A stretch of DNA of 64,000 bases. Source: an uncultured virus (IMG/VR IMGVR_UViG_3300007734_000752). Its lineage: Duplodnaviria; Heunggongvirae; Uroviricota; Caudoviricetes. Each line of letters starts with the position of its first letter. Position 1 is the first letter of the stretch. Position numbers and translations under genes: made by a program. Below the pieces are notes generated by a model. The model saw only the letters and a program-made list of their open reading frames with translations. It did not search any database and was not told where the DNA came from. Below are positions 9,014 to 18,650 of the stretch, piece after piece. The stretch lies in IMG/VR virus record IMGVR_UViG_3300007734_000752, one strand, 5' to 3'.

Positions 9014-10509
9014 ACGAAGAAAAACTGATGGTGGAGTTGTGGTCGCCCGCGCTGGCGGACGACCCCGAGGCGTTCGTGCTGTTTGCCTTCCCGTGGGGCC
9101 AGAAGAACACCCCGCTGCACAAGTTCAAAGGCCCGCGCAAGTGGCAGCGCGAAGTCCTGCGCGACATCAAGCAACATATAGCTAACAACAAAGGCAAGGT
9201 GCAGATGGACACCCTGCGAGAGGCGGTGTCATCTGGCCGGGGTATTGGCAAGTCAGCCTTAGTGTCTTGGTTGGTGCTGTGGATGCTGACCACCCGCATT
9301 GGCGGCAGCGTCATCATTAGCGCCAACTCGGAGAACCAGTTGCGCTCGGTAACCTGGGCCGAGCTGACCAAGTGGTCGGCTATGTCTATCAACAACCACT
9401 GGTTTGAGATCAGCGCAACTAAGCTGGTGCCGGCGCAGTGGCTGTGCGAGCTGGTCGAGCGGGACTTGAAAAAAGGCACACGTTATTGGGCGGCAGAGGG
9501 CAAGCTGTGGTCGGCGGAGAACCCCGACAGCTACGCCGGCGTGCATAACCAAGACGGCATGATGCTGATATTTGACGAGTCATCAGGCATCCCCAACCCC
9601 ATATGGGAGGTCGGCGCCGGGTTCTTTACTGAGAACACGCCGGACAGGTACTGGTTTGCCTTTAGCAACCCGCGCCGTAACGAGGGGTACTTTTTCGAGT
9701 GTTTTCACGCCAAACGGGCGTTTTGGAACACCCGCAGCGTGGACGCAAGGACGGTGGAGGACACCGACAAGCAGGTTTACGAGCAGATCATTGCCGAATA
9801 TGGCGAAGATAGCCCGCAGGCCAAGGTCGAGGTGTATGGTGAGTTCCCCGACGCGGGCGAGGATCAGTTCATCAAGCCCATGCTGGTCGAGGACGCCATG
9901 CAGCGGGCGCGATGGAAGGACACAACTGCGCCTATAGTATTAGGTATCGACCCGGCCAGAGGCGGCGCTGACTCTACGGTGCTGGTGGTGCGCCAGGGGC
10001 GGGACATTGTGGCCATCAAACGCTACTCGGGCGAGGACACCATGACCATAGTCGGGCGGGTGATCGACGCAATCGAGGAATATAAGCCTATTTTGTCGGT
10101 TATTGACGAAGGCGGGCTGGGGTACGGCATACTTGACAGGCTCACAGAGCAGCGTTATAAGGTGCGAGGGGTAAACTTTGGCTGGAAAGCCAAAAACTCT
10201 ATTATGTGGGGCAACAAGCGGGCTGAAATGTGGGGAACCATGAAGGACTGGCTGAAAACAGCGTCCGTTCCAGTTGATCGGCAGTTAAAAGCTGACCTGG
10301 TTGGCCCCATGAAGAAGCCTAACAGCAGCGGTACGATTTTCCTTGAAGGAAAGAAGGAAATGCGTAGTAGAGGGTTAGCTTCACCCGACGCCGCCGACGC
10401 GCTGGCGGTTACTTTTGCCTTCCCCGTTGCGCACCGCGAGTATCGGGAGCCAACCCGACGCACCGCGTCGTCTCACGCCAGCGTAACCAACTCTTGGATG
10501 GGTAGCTAG
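8986..10509 (+). CDS. terL: Terminase large subunit
   Basis: Walker A SGRGIGKS, Walker B LIFDE, SNP motif, nuclease LGIDPA and SPDAADAL. Confidence 0.93.
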   Translation: MQKPIYSTIDEEKLMVELWSPALADDPEAFVLFAFPWGQKNTPLHKFKGPRKWQREVLRDIKQHIANNKGKVQMDTLREAVSSGRGIGKSALVSWLVLWMLTTRIGGSVIISANSENQLRSVTWAELTKWSAMSINNHWFEISATKLVPAQWLCELVERDLKKGTRYWAAEGKLWSAENPDSYAGVHNQDGMMLIFDESSGIPNPIWEVGAGFFTENTPDRYWFAFSNPRRNEGYFFECFHAKRAFWNTRSVDARTVEDTDKQVYEQIIAEYGEDSPQAKVEVYGEFPDAGEDQFIKPMLVEDAMQRARWKDTTAPIVLGIDPARGGADSTVLVVRQGRDIVAIKRYSGEDTMTIVGRVIDAIEEYKPILSVIDEGGLGYGILDRLTEQRYKVRGVNFGWKAKNSIMWGNKRAEMWGTMKDWLKTASVPVDRQLKADLVGPMKKPNSSGTIFLEGKKEMRSRGLASPDAADALAVTFAFPVAHREYREPTRRTASSHASVTNSWMGS

Positions 10510-10767
10510 GTGAAAAAAAGCGTATCTTTAGCCATTGGTCGAGGCGAGAAGCTCCCGGTTAGCAAGGGCGCCGGCCTGACCGCCAAGGGTAGGGCTAAGT
10601 ACAATGCGGCAACGGGCAGCAATCTGAAAGCCCCGGCGCCCAGCCCCAAGACTGCCGCCGACAAGGGCCGCAAAGCGTCATTTTGCGCCCGAATGTCTGG
10701 CGTGGTGGCCAAGGCCAAAGGCCCGGCAGAACGTGCAAAAGCCTCTCTTAAACGGTGGAAATGCTGA
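10510..10767 (+). CDS. Small basic conserved phage protein
   Basis: GLTAKGRA..N, RKASFCARM and C-terminal RWKC; homologous to 39446..39700. Confidence 0.75.
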   Translation: MKKSVSLAIGRGEKLPVSKGAGLTAKGRAKYNAATGSNLKAPAPSPKTAADKGRKASFCARMSGVVAKAKGPAERAKASLKRWKC

Positions 10768-10768
10768 C

Positions 10769-10915
10769 ATGAAACCTGGACTCTACGCCAACATCAACGC
10801 AAAACAGGCTCGCATCGCTACGGGCAGCAAAGAGAAGATGCGTAAGCCCGGCGCACCCGGCGCACCGACTGCCAAGGCGTTCAAAGAGTCGGCCAAAACT
10901 GCGAAGAAGAGGTAG
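10769..10915 (+). CDS. Small basic protein (MKPGLYANI...)
   Basis: 48 aa, Lys/Ala-rich, coupled gene order. Confidence 0.65.
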   Translation: MKPGLYANINAKQARIATGSKEKMRKPGAPGAPTAKAFKESAKTAKKR

Positions 10916-10917
10916 CC

Positions 10918-11067
10918 ATGCCCCTAGTCAAGTCAAAGTCACCCGCCGCCTTCCGTAAGAACATCAAGGCCGAGGTCGCTGCGGGCAAGCCGGTCAAGCA
11001 GGCCGTTGCCATTGCATCCGCAGTCAAACGCGGCGCGATGATGAAAAAGAAGGCAGGGCGTGGCTGA
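10918..11067 (+). CDS. Small basic protein (MPLVKSKS...KQAVAIA), not in ORF track
   Basis: Hand translation, 49 aa, GAGG RBS. Confidence 0.65.
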   Translation: MPLVKSKSPAAFRKNIKAEVAAGKPVKQAVAIASAVKRGAMMKKKAGRG

Positions 11068-11404
11068 TCCGAAATTCGTTGATATTTCAAAGTTTACGCC
11101 TAACGAACAGGCGGCTTTGCAATATCATCGCAACCATTTGACCGGCGGCACGGGGTTAAAGAACGCGGATGGTTCGACCACTACGTTCATGGGTTCTGTT
11201 GTGGATACGCCAAGCGGCGGCGCAATGATCCTCCCAACGTATTGGCACGGTGAAATTAGGGACGTACCGCAAGCGATGAAGTTTGCAACCAAAAGCGGCG
11301 TAACCTTTCCAGAGTACAAGTCGGTGAAAGACGCTCTGGCGGCGGAACAACGGATGCATAAAATTATGGAACAAGACGTTGAATCCTACGGGGCGGCTAA
11401 ATAG
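11060..11404 (+). CDS. Hypothetical protein
   Basis: Fills the gap and is coupled to the portal gene. Confidence 0.55.
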   Translation: MADPKFVDISKFTPNEQAALQYHRNHLTGGTGLKNADGSTTTFMGSVVDTPSGGAMILPTYWHGEIRDVPQAMKFATKSGVTFPEYKSVKDALAAEQRMHKIMEQDVESYGAAK

Positions 11405-13617
11405 TGGCATATCAAGACACAGGCATCAACGAAGCAGGCGCAGTCTCGTCAGGCGGCACCAAGTCTGACCGTGACAACGGCGAGATGCTGGCGACCATGC
11501 GTACCCGCCTGACGATGGCGATCTCCGCGTATTCGGATTCCCGTGAGGACGAACTGGACGACCTGCGCTTTCGTGCTGCAAGCCCCGACAACCAGTGGCA
11601 GTGGCCTGCTGATGTGCTGGCGACACGCGGCTCGGTGCAGGGACAGACGATCAACGCTCGGCCATGCCTGACTATTAACAAGCTGCCGCAGCATGTGCTG
11701 CAAGTGACCAACGACCAGCGGCAGAACCGGCCTTCGGGTAAGGTGATACCGGCTGACGACAAGGCCGACATTGAGGTTGCCGAGATATTCAACGGTTTGG
11801 TGCGGCACATTGAGTATATCTCGGATGCTGACGTAGCTTATGACACCGCCTGCGACAACCAGGTAACGTTTGGTGAAGGTTACTTCCGCATCCTGACCGA
11901 GTATTGCGACGACAGCACTTTTGAGCAAGACCTGCGGATTGGGCGTATTCGTGACAGTTTCAGCGTGTACATGGATCCGACAATTCAAGACCCCTGCGGG
12001 TCGGATGCTGAGTGGTGCTTCATCAATCAAGAAATCACCAAAGACGCGTACGAGCGTGAGTTTCCCAACGCGGCAACGCTGTCCAGCCTGCAATACGGCG
12101 TAGGCGACGGGCAACTGAACGCGTGGATTAACCAAGACACGGTGAGGATTGCCGAGTATTTCTACATCAAGCACGAAGCCAAGAAACTCAATCAATACCC
12201 CGGTGGAATGACCGCAATGGCGGGGTCACCGGAGGCAAAGCAAATTGAAATGATGGGTTTGGCTGCAACAAAAACCCGTGATGTAGACGTTCGGACGGTT
12301 AAATGGTGCAAAACCAACGGCTTTGAGGTGCTGGAAGAACGCGATTGGGCGGGCAAATACATCCCCGTAATCCGCGTAATTGGCAACGAATTTGAGATTG
12401 ATGGCCGGATGTACGTTAGCGGGTTGGTGCGGAATGCCAAAGACGCGCAGCGCATGTATAACTATTGGGTCAGCCAGGAAGCCGAGATGCTGGCGCTGGC
12501 ACCCAAAGCACCGTTTATTGGCTACGGCGGTCAGTTTGAGGGCTACGAGCAGCAATGGAAAACGGCCAACATCAACAACTGGCCGTACCTTGAAGTCAAT
12601 CCAGATGTGACCGATGGGCAAGGCGGCGTGCTGCCGTTGCCGCAACGCTCACAGCCGCCGATGGCGTCCAGCGGCCTGCTGCAAGCCAAAGCAGGCGCCG
12701 CCGATGACATTAAGAGCGCAACCGGGCAGTACGATAGCAGTCTTGGCGCCACCAGCAACGAACGCTCGGGGCGGGCTATTCTGGCGCGGGAAAAGCAGTC
12801 GGACACCGGCACATACCACTACGTTGACAACTTGGCGCGCGCTATTCGCTACGCGACCCGGCAACTGGTGGATCTGATTCCAAAGATATACGACACGCAA
12901 CGCATTGCGCGGATTATCGGCATGGACGGTGAAACTGACCAAGCCATGATCGACCCGATGCAACCGATGCCGGTTAAGAAGATTCAGAACGAGCAAGGCA
13001 TCGTTATCAAGAAGATTTACAACCCCAATGTCGGCAAGTACGACGTTGCGGTGACTGTTGGCCCGAGCTACATGACCAAGCGGCAGGAATCGCTCGACGC
13101 CATGAGCCAACTGCTGCAAGGCAACCCGCAACTGTGGGCTGTGGCCGGCGACCTGTTCATCAAGCACATGGACTGGCCGGGCGCGCAAGAGATGGCAGCG
13201 CGGTTTGCCAAGACTATCGACCCCAAGCTGCTGTCTGACGAGGACGATCCGGCGCTGCAAGCGGCTAACCAGCAGATGCAAGCGATGGGCCAGGAAATGC
13301 AGCAGATGCACCAGATGCTACAAAACGTCAGCCAGTCGATGGAAGCGCAGACGTTGAAGGTTAAAGAGTTTGATAGCCAAGTCAAAGCATACGACGCGGA
13401 GACTAAGCGTATCAGCGCGGTGCAGGCCGGAATGTCGCCAGAGCAGATTCAAGACATCGTTATGGGCACCGTCCACGGCATGATTACGTCGGGCGATCTG
13501 ATTAACGAGATGCCGGGGCGTGACCAAGACATGATGCCGCAAGACATGATGCAGAACATGCAACAGATGCCGCCGGATATGGAACAAATGCCGCCACCGC
13601 AAGGGATGCCACAGTGA
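11404..13617 (+). CDS. Portal protein (P22-like)
   Basis: RPCLTINKL, AKDAQRMYNYW, SGRAI and a Gln/Met-rich C-terminal barrel; lies after terL. Confidence 0.9.
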   Translation: MAYQDTGINEAGAVSSGGTKSDRDNGEMLATMRTRLTMAISAYSDSREDELDDLRFRAASPDNQWQWPADVLATRGSVQGQTINARPCLTINKLPQHVLQVTNDQRQNRPSGKVIPADDKADIEVAEIFNGLVRHIEYISDADVAYDTACDNQVTFGEGYFRILTEYCDDSTFEQDLRIGRIRDSFSVYMDPTIQDPCGSDAEWCFINQEITKDAYEREFPNAATLSSLQYGVGDGQLNAWINQDTVRIAEYFYIKHEAKKLNQYPGGMTAMAGSPEAKQIEMMGLAATKTRDVDVRTVKWCKTNGFEVLEERDWAGKYIPVIRVIGNEFEIDGRMYVSGLVRNAKDAQRMYNYWVSQEAEMLALAPKAPFIGYGGQFEGYEQQWKTANINNWPYLEVNPDVTDGQGGVLPLPQRSQPPMASSGLLQAKAGAADDIKSATGQYDSSLGATSNERSGRAILAREKQSDTGTYHYVDNLARAIRYATRQLVDLIPKIYDTQRIARIIGMDGETDQAMIDPMQPMPVKKIQNEQGIVIKKIYNPNVGKYDVAVTVGPSYMTKRQESLDAMSQLLQGNPQLWAVAGDLFIKHMDWPGAQEMAARFAKTIDPKLLSDEDDPALQAANQQMQAMGQEMQQMHQMLQNVSQSMEAQTLKVKEFDSQVKAYDAETKRISAVQAGMSPEQIQDIVMGTVHGMITSGDLINEMPGRDQDMMPQDMMQNMQQMPPDMEQMPPPQGMPQ

Positions 13618-13976
13618 AATGCACCGACTTTATGGGGATGCTGTTCTTAGCGCGAGACGTAGCGCACAGCGTCCACCTCAACACCCGCAGCTACTCCAAG
13701 CATGTAGCCTTGAACATCTTCTACGAACGTATCGTAGGCGCTGCTGACGACTTTGCCGAAGCCTACCAAGGGCGGCATGGTCTGATTGGCCCTATCTCGC
13801 TTATGTCAGCCAAGAAAACAGCCAACATCATCGAGTTTCTGGAAGATCAGTTGAAGGAAATTGAAGCGGCTCGGTATGACGTTGTGGATAAGTCGGATAC
13901 CTCATTGCAACAACTTATAGACAATATCGTAGAAGTCTACTTGCGAACCTTGTACAAATTGCGCTTCTTGGCATAG
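13614..13976 (+). CDS. Ferritin/Dps-like four-helix phage protein (DUF5856-like)
   Basis: AHSVHLNTRSYSKHVALNIFYE...DDFAEAYQG...LYKLRFL pattern. Confidence 0.6.
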   Translation: MKCTDFMGMLFLARDVAHSVHLNTRSYSKHVALNIFYERIVGAADDFAEAYQGRHGLIGPISLMSAKKTANIIEFLEDQLKEIEAARYDVVDKSDTSLQQLIDNIVEVYLRTLYKLRFLA

Positions 13977-13984
13977 GATAAATC

Positions 13985-14263
13985 ATGGCCTCAAACTACC
14001 TGAACATCAGCGCAACCACGCAAATCAAAGTTGGTGCCGGTAAACTCAAAGGCATTATGTGCAGCACTGCATCTGCCACGCCCACGATTGCGGTTTATGA
14101 CTCGGCGACTGCGGCTACAAACGCGGTAACGATAATTGCGGAATTTGTACCCGGCGCGCATACAATGTATTCACTAACTGGGGATGATGGCGGCATCTGG
14201 TTTAACAAAGGCTTGTATGTAGTGATCAGCGGCACCGTTGGTGTCACGTTCATTTACGAATAG
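13985..14263 (+). CDS. Small beta-rich virion protein (paralog 1)
   Basis: IKVGAGKLKGI...F.KGLYV. Confidence 0.7.
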   Translation: MASNYLNISATTQIKVGAGKLKGIMCSTASATPTIAVYDSATAATNAVTIIAEFVPGAHTMYSLTGDDGGIWFNKGLYVVISGTVGVTFIYE

Positions 14264-14271
14264 GAACAAAC

Positions 14272-14565
14272 ATGGCCCATTATTATCAGTTGAGCGTGAC
14301 TGCCAGTGTGCCAAACAAGACCACTATTAAGGTGGGATTTGGAAAACTTAAGGGCATATTTTGTAGCTCTGCATCCGCCACGCCTCGCGTGACTGTGCAT
14401 GATTCCGCAACCCAGACAGCAGCAGATGGCACAATTATTAGCCTGTTAACCCCGCAAGCCAGCGAGAACTATCCGTTGAGTGGGGCTGATAGCGGTATTG
14501 GATTTAGCCGTGGCCTGTATGTGTTGGCTACAGGCACGATGGAATTGACTTTTGTTTACGAATAA
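14272..14565 (+). CDS. Small beta-rich virion protein (paralog 2)
   Basis: IKVGFGKLKGI...FSRGLYV. Confidence 0.7.
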   Translation: MAHYYQLSVTASVPNKTTIKVGFGKLKGIFCSSASATPRVTVHDSATQTAADGTIISLLTPQASENYPLSGADSGIGFSRGLYVLATGTMELTFVYE

Positions 14566-14607
14566 CCGCACTGGCGCGGAACGCCAGGGATTCCAAGGAA
14601 TCAAGCC

Positions 14608-15369
14608 ATGTCTGAAGAAGTAATAGCGGAAGTACCCGCGCCGGAACAGGTCGCTACGGCAGCACCTGAGCCTGAGATAGCAGCGCCGGAAGCAGCACCC
14701 GAAGTTGAGTCTAAGGTATTCACACAAGAGGACTTAGACGCAGCCATCGGCAAGAGGCTTGCAAGAGAACAGCGAAAGTGGGAACGCGAAGCAAGGCAGG
14801 CCGAAGCACCAAAGCCCGTCCCTGTAGAGCATGTAAAGCCGGAACAGTTTACGACGACCGAGGAATACGTTGACGCACTGACGACTTCCAAGGCAGCGCA
14901 GATTGTCCACCAGCAACAGTACGCGAAACAGCAACAGGAGTTGCTTGGTAACTATCACGAAAAGGAAGAAGATGCGCGGGGCAAATACGAGGACTTTGAA
15001 CAAGTTGCGTACAACCCCAAGCTACCGATTACTAACGTGATGGCTCAGACAATTCAAGCCTCGGATAACGGCCCGGATATTGCATACTATCTCGGCACAA
15101 ACCCCAAGGAAGCTGACCGCATTTCTCGACTTGAACCGTTCTTGCAGGCCAAAGAAATAGGAAGATTGGAAGCGAAGGTTGCTTCTGAACCCGTAACAAA
15201 ACGTACATCCAGCGCACCTGCGCCGATTTCACCTGTTACCGCTCGCGGAGGTCACTCCGGCAGTTTTGATACCACAGACCCAAGGTCAATAAAAACCATG
15301 ACCACAAGCCAGTGGATTGAAGCTGATAGAGCAAGACAGGTGAAAAAGCAGGAAGCGAGAACCCGCTAG
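14608..15369 (+). CDS. Scaffolding protein
   Basis: Acidic N-terminus, coiled coil, GPDIAYYLG; directly upstream of the coat gene. Confidence 0.8.
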   Translation: MSEEVIAEVPAPEQVATAAPEPEIAAPEAAPEVESKVFTQEDLDAAIGKRLAREQRKWEREARQAEAPKPVPVEHVKPEQFTTTEEYVDALTTSKAAQIVHQQQYAKQQQELLGNYHEKEEDARGKYEDFEQVAYNPKLPITNVMAQTIQASDNGPDIAYYLGTNPKEADRISRLEPFLQAKEIGRLEAKVASEPVTKRTSSAPAPISPVTARGGHSGSFDTTDPRSIKTMTTSQWIEADRARQVKKQEARTR

Positions 15370-15408
15370 AAGAATCTTACTTCTAACATCCTTAAAGGAA
15401 AACACAAA

Positions 15409-16617
15409 GTGTCTAATTCATTATTGACAATCGATATGATAACAAGGAAGTGCCTTGAAATTCTCGAGAACAACCTGGTTATTTCGCGCAATTGCAACAA
15501 AGAGTACGACGACAGCTTCGCTGTTGAAGGTGCCAAGATCGGCTCGACCCTGCGGATTCGTCTGCCGGATCGTGCCTTGGTGACTGACGGGGCCGCCCTG
15601 CAAGTTCAGGACGACAACGAGCAATACACCACGCTGACGGTATCAAGCCAGAAGCACATTGGCATCAACTTCACCAGCGCCGAACTGACGATGCAGTTGG
15701 ATGACTTTGCGGAACGTGTTCTGAAGCCGCGTATCAGCCAATTGGCGTCGAGTGTAGATGCTGACGTTGCTAACGCCTACAAGTCTATTTTCAACACCGT
15801 AGGCACTCCCGGCACCACGCCTGCCACCGCTCTGGTTCTGTTGCAAGCGCAGCAGAAGCTGAACGAATCGGCTACGCCTATGTCGCCGCGCTACGCAACC
15901 GTAAACCCTGCCGCTAACGCTGGCCTGGTAAACGGCTTGAGTGGTTTCTTCAACCCGGCTGGCACGATTTCCCGCCAGTTCAAGACCGGCATGATGGGTG
16001 AGGGTGTTCTCGGCTACGACGAAATGAACATGTCGCAGTCGATTGTCAACCACACCACGGGCAACTTCCCGGCTTCGCCTATCGTTGCCACCACTGTGTC
16101 AACGCAAGGGCAAGCAACGCTGGACATTAGCTTTAGCAGCGGCACCAAAACTGTTAAACAAGGCGATATATTTACCATTGCCGCCGTGTATGCGGTTAAC
16201 CCGCAAACCCGTCTTAGCACTGGTAGCTTGCAACAGTTTGTTGTGACTGCGGATAACAGCGTTACGTCCAACACCACGATGACCCTTGCTATTTCACCGG
16301 CCATCTACACCGCAACAAACGCGCTGGCAACGGTGGATAGTTTCCCCGCCTCGTCTGCGGTTATTACGTTTGTCGGAACCGCGTCTACCGTGTATCCGCA
16401 AAACTTGGTTTATCACAAGAATGCAATCACGCTGGCTACGGCTGACCTCTTGCTTCCGCAAGGTGTCGATATGGCTTCGCGTCAAGTGCATAACGGTATC
16501 TCGATGCGTATCGTGCGTCAGTACGATATTAACAACGACCGTATGCCTTGCCGTGTCGATGTGCTGTATGGTTTTAATACCATTCGCCCACCGATGGCCT
16601 GCCGGATGTGGGGCTAA
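15409..16617 (+). CDS. Major capsid protein (P22 gp5-like)
   Basis: KIGSTLRIRLP and RVDVLYG motifs; position. Confidence 0.9.
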   Translation: MSNSLLTIDMITRKCLEILENNLVISRNCNKEYDDSFAVEGAKIGSTLRIRLPDRALVTDGAALQVQDDNEQYTTLTVSSQKHIGINFTSAELTMQLDDFAERVLKPRISQLASSVDADVANAYKSIFNTVGTPGTTPATALVLLQAQQKLNESATPMSPRYATVNPAANAGLVNGLSGFFNPAGTISRQFKTGMMGEGVLGYDEMNMSQSIVNHTTGNFPASPIVATTVSTQGQATLDISFSSGTKTVKQGDIFTIAAVYAVNPQTRLSTGSLQQFVVTADNSVTSNTTMTLAISPAIYTATNALATVDSFPASSAVITFVGTASTVYPQNLVYHKNAITLATADLLLPQGVDMASRQVHNGISMRIVRQYDINNDRMPCRVDVLYGFNTIRPPMACRMWG

Positions 16618-16671
16618 ACAAACCGCTCCCGCTTAGCGCGGGGGCAACTTAACATTTTAGGAGATTCAATC

Positions 16672-17097
16672 ATGGCACTTCCCTCAGTTGGTGGTGGTTA
16701 TCAGCTTACCGATGGCAACCAGAATGAAATGGAATTTATTCCGCAAAATACACCGGCAACCGCCTCGGTTACCGCAACGCTGACCGTAGCGCAACTGGCA
16801 GCGGGTATTCTTACCGTCAACCAGGCAGGCGCTGCGGCTTGCACCCTGACGCTCCCTACCGGGACGCTGATGGACGCAACCTTCACCAACATGCAGAACA
16901 ACGCATCTTTTGATTTTTCCGTCATTAACATTTCGACGGTGGACGCTGAAGATGCAACGCTTGCGGTTGGTACGGGCTGGACTGCGGTTGGCAACGTTAC
17001 GGTTGCAGCTAATAGCGCCGTTTCTACCATTTCGTCGGCGCGGTTTCGCGCTCGCCGGACTGCGACTGCAACTTGGACGCTGTATCGTTTGTCTTAA
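16672..17097 (+). CDS. Putative head decoration or virion protein
   Basis: Thr/Ala-rich, follows the capsid gene. Confidence 0.6.
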   Translation: MALPSVGGGYQLTDGNQNEMEFIPQNTPATASVTATLTVAQLAAGILTVNQAGAAACTLTLPTGTLMDATFTNMQNNASFDFSVINISTVDAEDATLAVGTGWTAVGNVTVAANSAVSTISSARFRARRTATATWTLYRLS

Positions 17098-17150
17098 GCA
17101 ACAACACCTTGCGGTGTAACAGCCGCGAGGTGGTTTTTAAGGGTTAAAAT

Positions 17151-17324
17151 ATGGTCATCTACCTGCGACACCCGATACACGGCAGCAAGGTTGCTATTGC
17201 AGATGCCGAAGCTGACGCCGACGAAAAAAATGGTTGGGAGCGTTACGAACTTGGCGCGTTGTTGACGCCTGTAAACGAACTGGCTAAACCTCGCGGCAGG
17301 CCGCGTAAGGAGCTTGAAGAATGA
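17151..17324 (+). CDS. 57-aa protein with an AT-hook-like PRGRPRK motif (not in ORF track)
   Basis: Hand translation MVIYLRHPIHGSKVA...PRGRPRKELEE; stop overlaps the next ATG. Confidence 0.6.
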   Translation: MVIYLRHPIHGSKVAIADAEADADEKNGWERYELGALLTPVNELAKPRGRPRKELEE

Positions 17325-18034
17325 CCACAACGGCTGGCGATCAGATCAACGGGGCGTTACGACTGATTGGTCAATTGGCCGAGGGTGAAACGCCTTCTGC
17401 GGCAACGTCAGCCGATGCGTTGACCGCAATGAACCAGATGCTCGATAGCTGGTCTTCTGAACGTCTGTCTGTGTTCTCAACGCAAGACCAAGTATTTACT
17501 TGGCCTGCGTCTACCGCAGCCCGAACGCTTGGGCCAACGGGCGATTTTGTCGGCAATCGTCCGGTATTGGTGGACGATTCAACGTATTTTCGTGACCCGT
17601 CAAACAATATCAGTTTTGGCATTAAGCTAATAAACCAAGCGCAGTACAACGGTATTGCGGTAAAGACAGTCACCAGCACTTACCCGCAGGTCTTGTTTGT
17701 AAACATGACCATGCCAAACATAGAGATGGTAATCTATCCGGTGCCGACTAAGGCGTTGGATTGGCACATCATTAGCGTAACCGAGCTAACAGAACCGGCT
17801 ACATTAGCAACCACACTGGTGGTGCCGCCAGGCTACCTGCGAGCATTCCGGTTCAATCTAGCGTCTGAGATTGCCGCCGAGTTTGGCGTAGAGCCGCCGC
17901 CCCAAGTGCAACGGATTGCTATGTCGAGCAAACGCAACATCAAGCGGATCAACAACCCCGACGACGTAATGAGCCTGCCGTATAGCATAGTGGCGACTCG
18001 CCAGCGGTTTAACATTTACGCAGGAAATTACTAA
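17321..18034 (+). CDS. Head-tail adaptor (P22 gp4-like)
   Basis: INGALRLIG..EGETP..DAL.AMNQMLDSW and FNLASEIAAEFG. Confidence 0.8.
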   Translation: MTTTAGDQINGALRLIGQLAEGETPSAATSADALTAMNQMLDSWSSERLSVFSTQDQVFTWPASTAARTLGPTGDFVGNRPVLVDDSTYFRDPSNNISFGIKLINQAQYNGIAVKTVTSTYPQVLFVNMTMPNIEMVIYPVPTKALDWHIISVTELTEPATLATTLVVPPGYLRAFRFNLASEIAAEFGVEPPPQVQRIAMSSKRNIKRINNPDDVMSLPYSIVATRQRFNIYAGNY

Positions 18035-18035
18035 C

Positions 18036-18650
18036 ATGGCTAATATCGCAATTTCTGCTCTACCCGTTGCAACGACTCAAGCTGGCGCTGATGTGTTGCC
18101 AATCGTGCAAGCAACGACCAGCACGACAAAACAACTGTCGGTCACCAATCTGTTTACCAGCCCGACGTTTGTCACGCCATCACTGGGGGTGGTTGCTAGT
18201 GGCGTTATTAGCGCCTGCACCAGCACCGGACAGGTGTTGACCACGCCTAGTATCGGCGCGGCGACCGGCACCAGCCTGAGTACCACGGGCAATCAAGTCA
18301 TCAGCAGCACAGGCAAACATGGTTACGCTACTGGTTCTGGTGGAACGGTTACTCAAGCCACCAGCAAAGCCACCGGCGTGACGTTGAGCAAATCAACCGG
18401 CCAGATTACGTTGAACGCCGCCGCGCTTGCCTCAGATACCACGGTCAGCTTTACCTTGACCAATACCGTTATCGAAGCTGGCGACATCCTGATAATGAAC
18501 CACATTAGCGCAGGCACTGCGGGTTCTTACCTGCTCAATGCTCAATCTGCGGCGGGTTCGGCCAGCATTAACGTGCGGAACATCACCGCCGGTTCGTTAT
18601 CTGAAGCCATTGTGATTGCGTTTGCGGTCATCAAAGCGGTTACGGCGTAA
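18036..18650 (+). CDS. Virion fibre-like protein; C-terminal domain shared with 50741..51493
   Basis: ISALP N-terminus; near-identical C-terminal half in segment B. Confidence 0.7.
   Translation: MANIAISALPVATTQAGADVLPIVQATTSTTKQLSVTNLFTSPTFVTPSLGVVASGVISACTSTGQVLTTPSIGAATGTSLSTTGNQVISSTGKHGYATGSGGTVTQATSKATGVTLSKSTGQITLNAAALASDTTVSFTLTNTVIEAGDILIMNHISAGTAGSYLLNAQSAAGSASINVRNITAGSLSEAIVIAFAVIKAVTA

Noticed and set aside
8425..9018. 12-bp target-site duplication around the HNH gene
   Set aside because: The second copy lies inside the terL start and the first overlaps a -10-like element. Homing endonucleases do not make such duplications, so it may be chance.
13883..13891. DnaA box in phage A
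   Set aside because: A single copy inside a coding region (VVDK), which is expected by chance.
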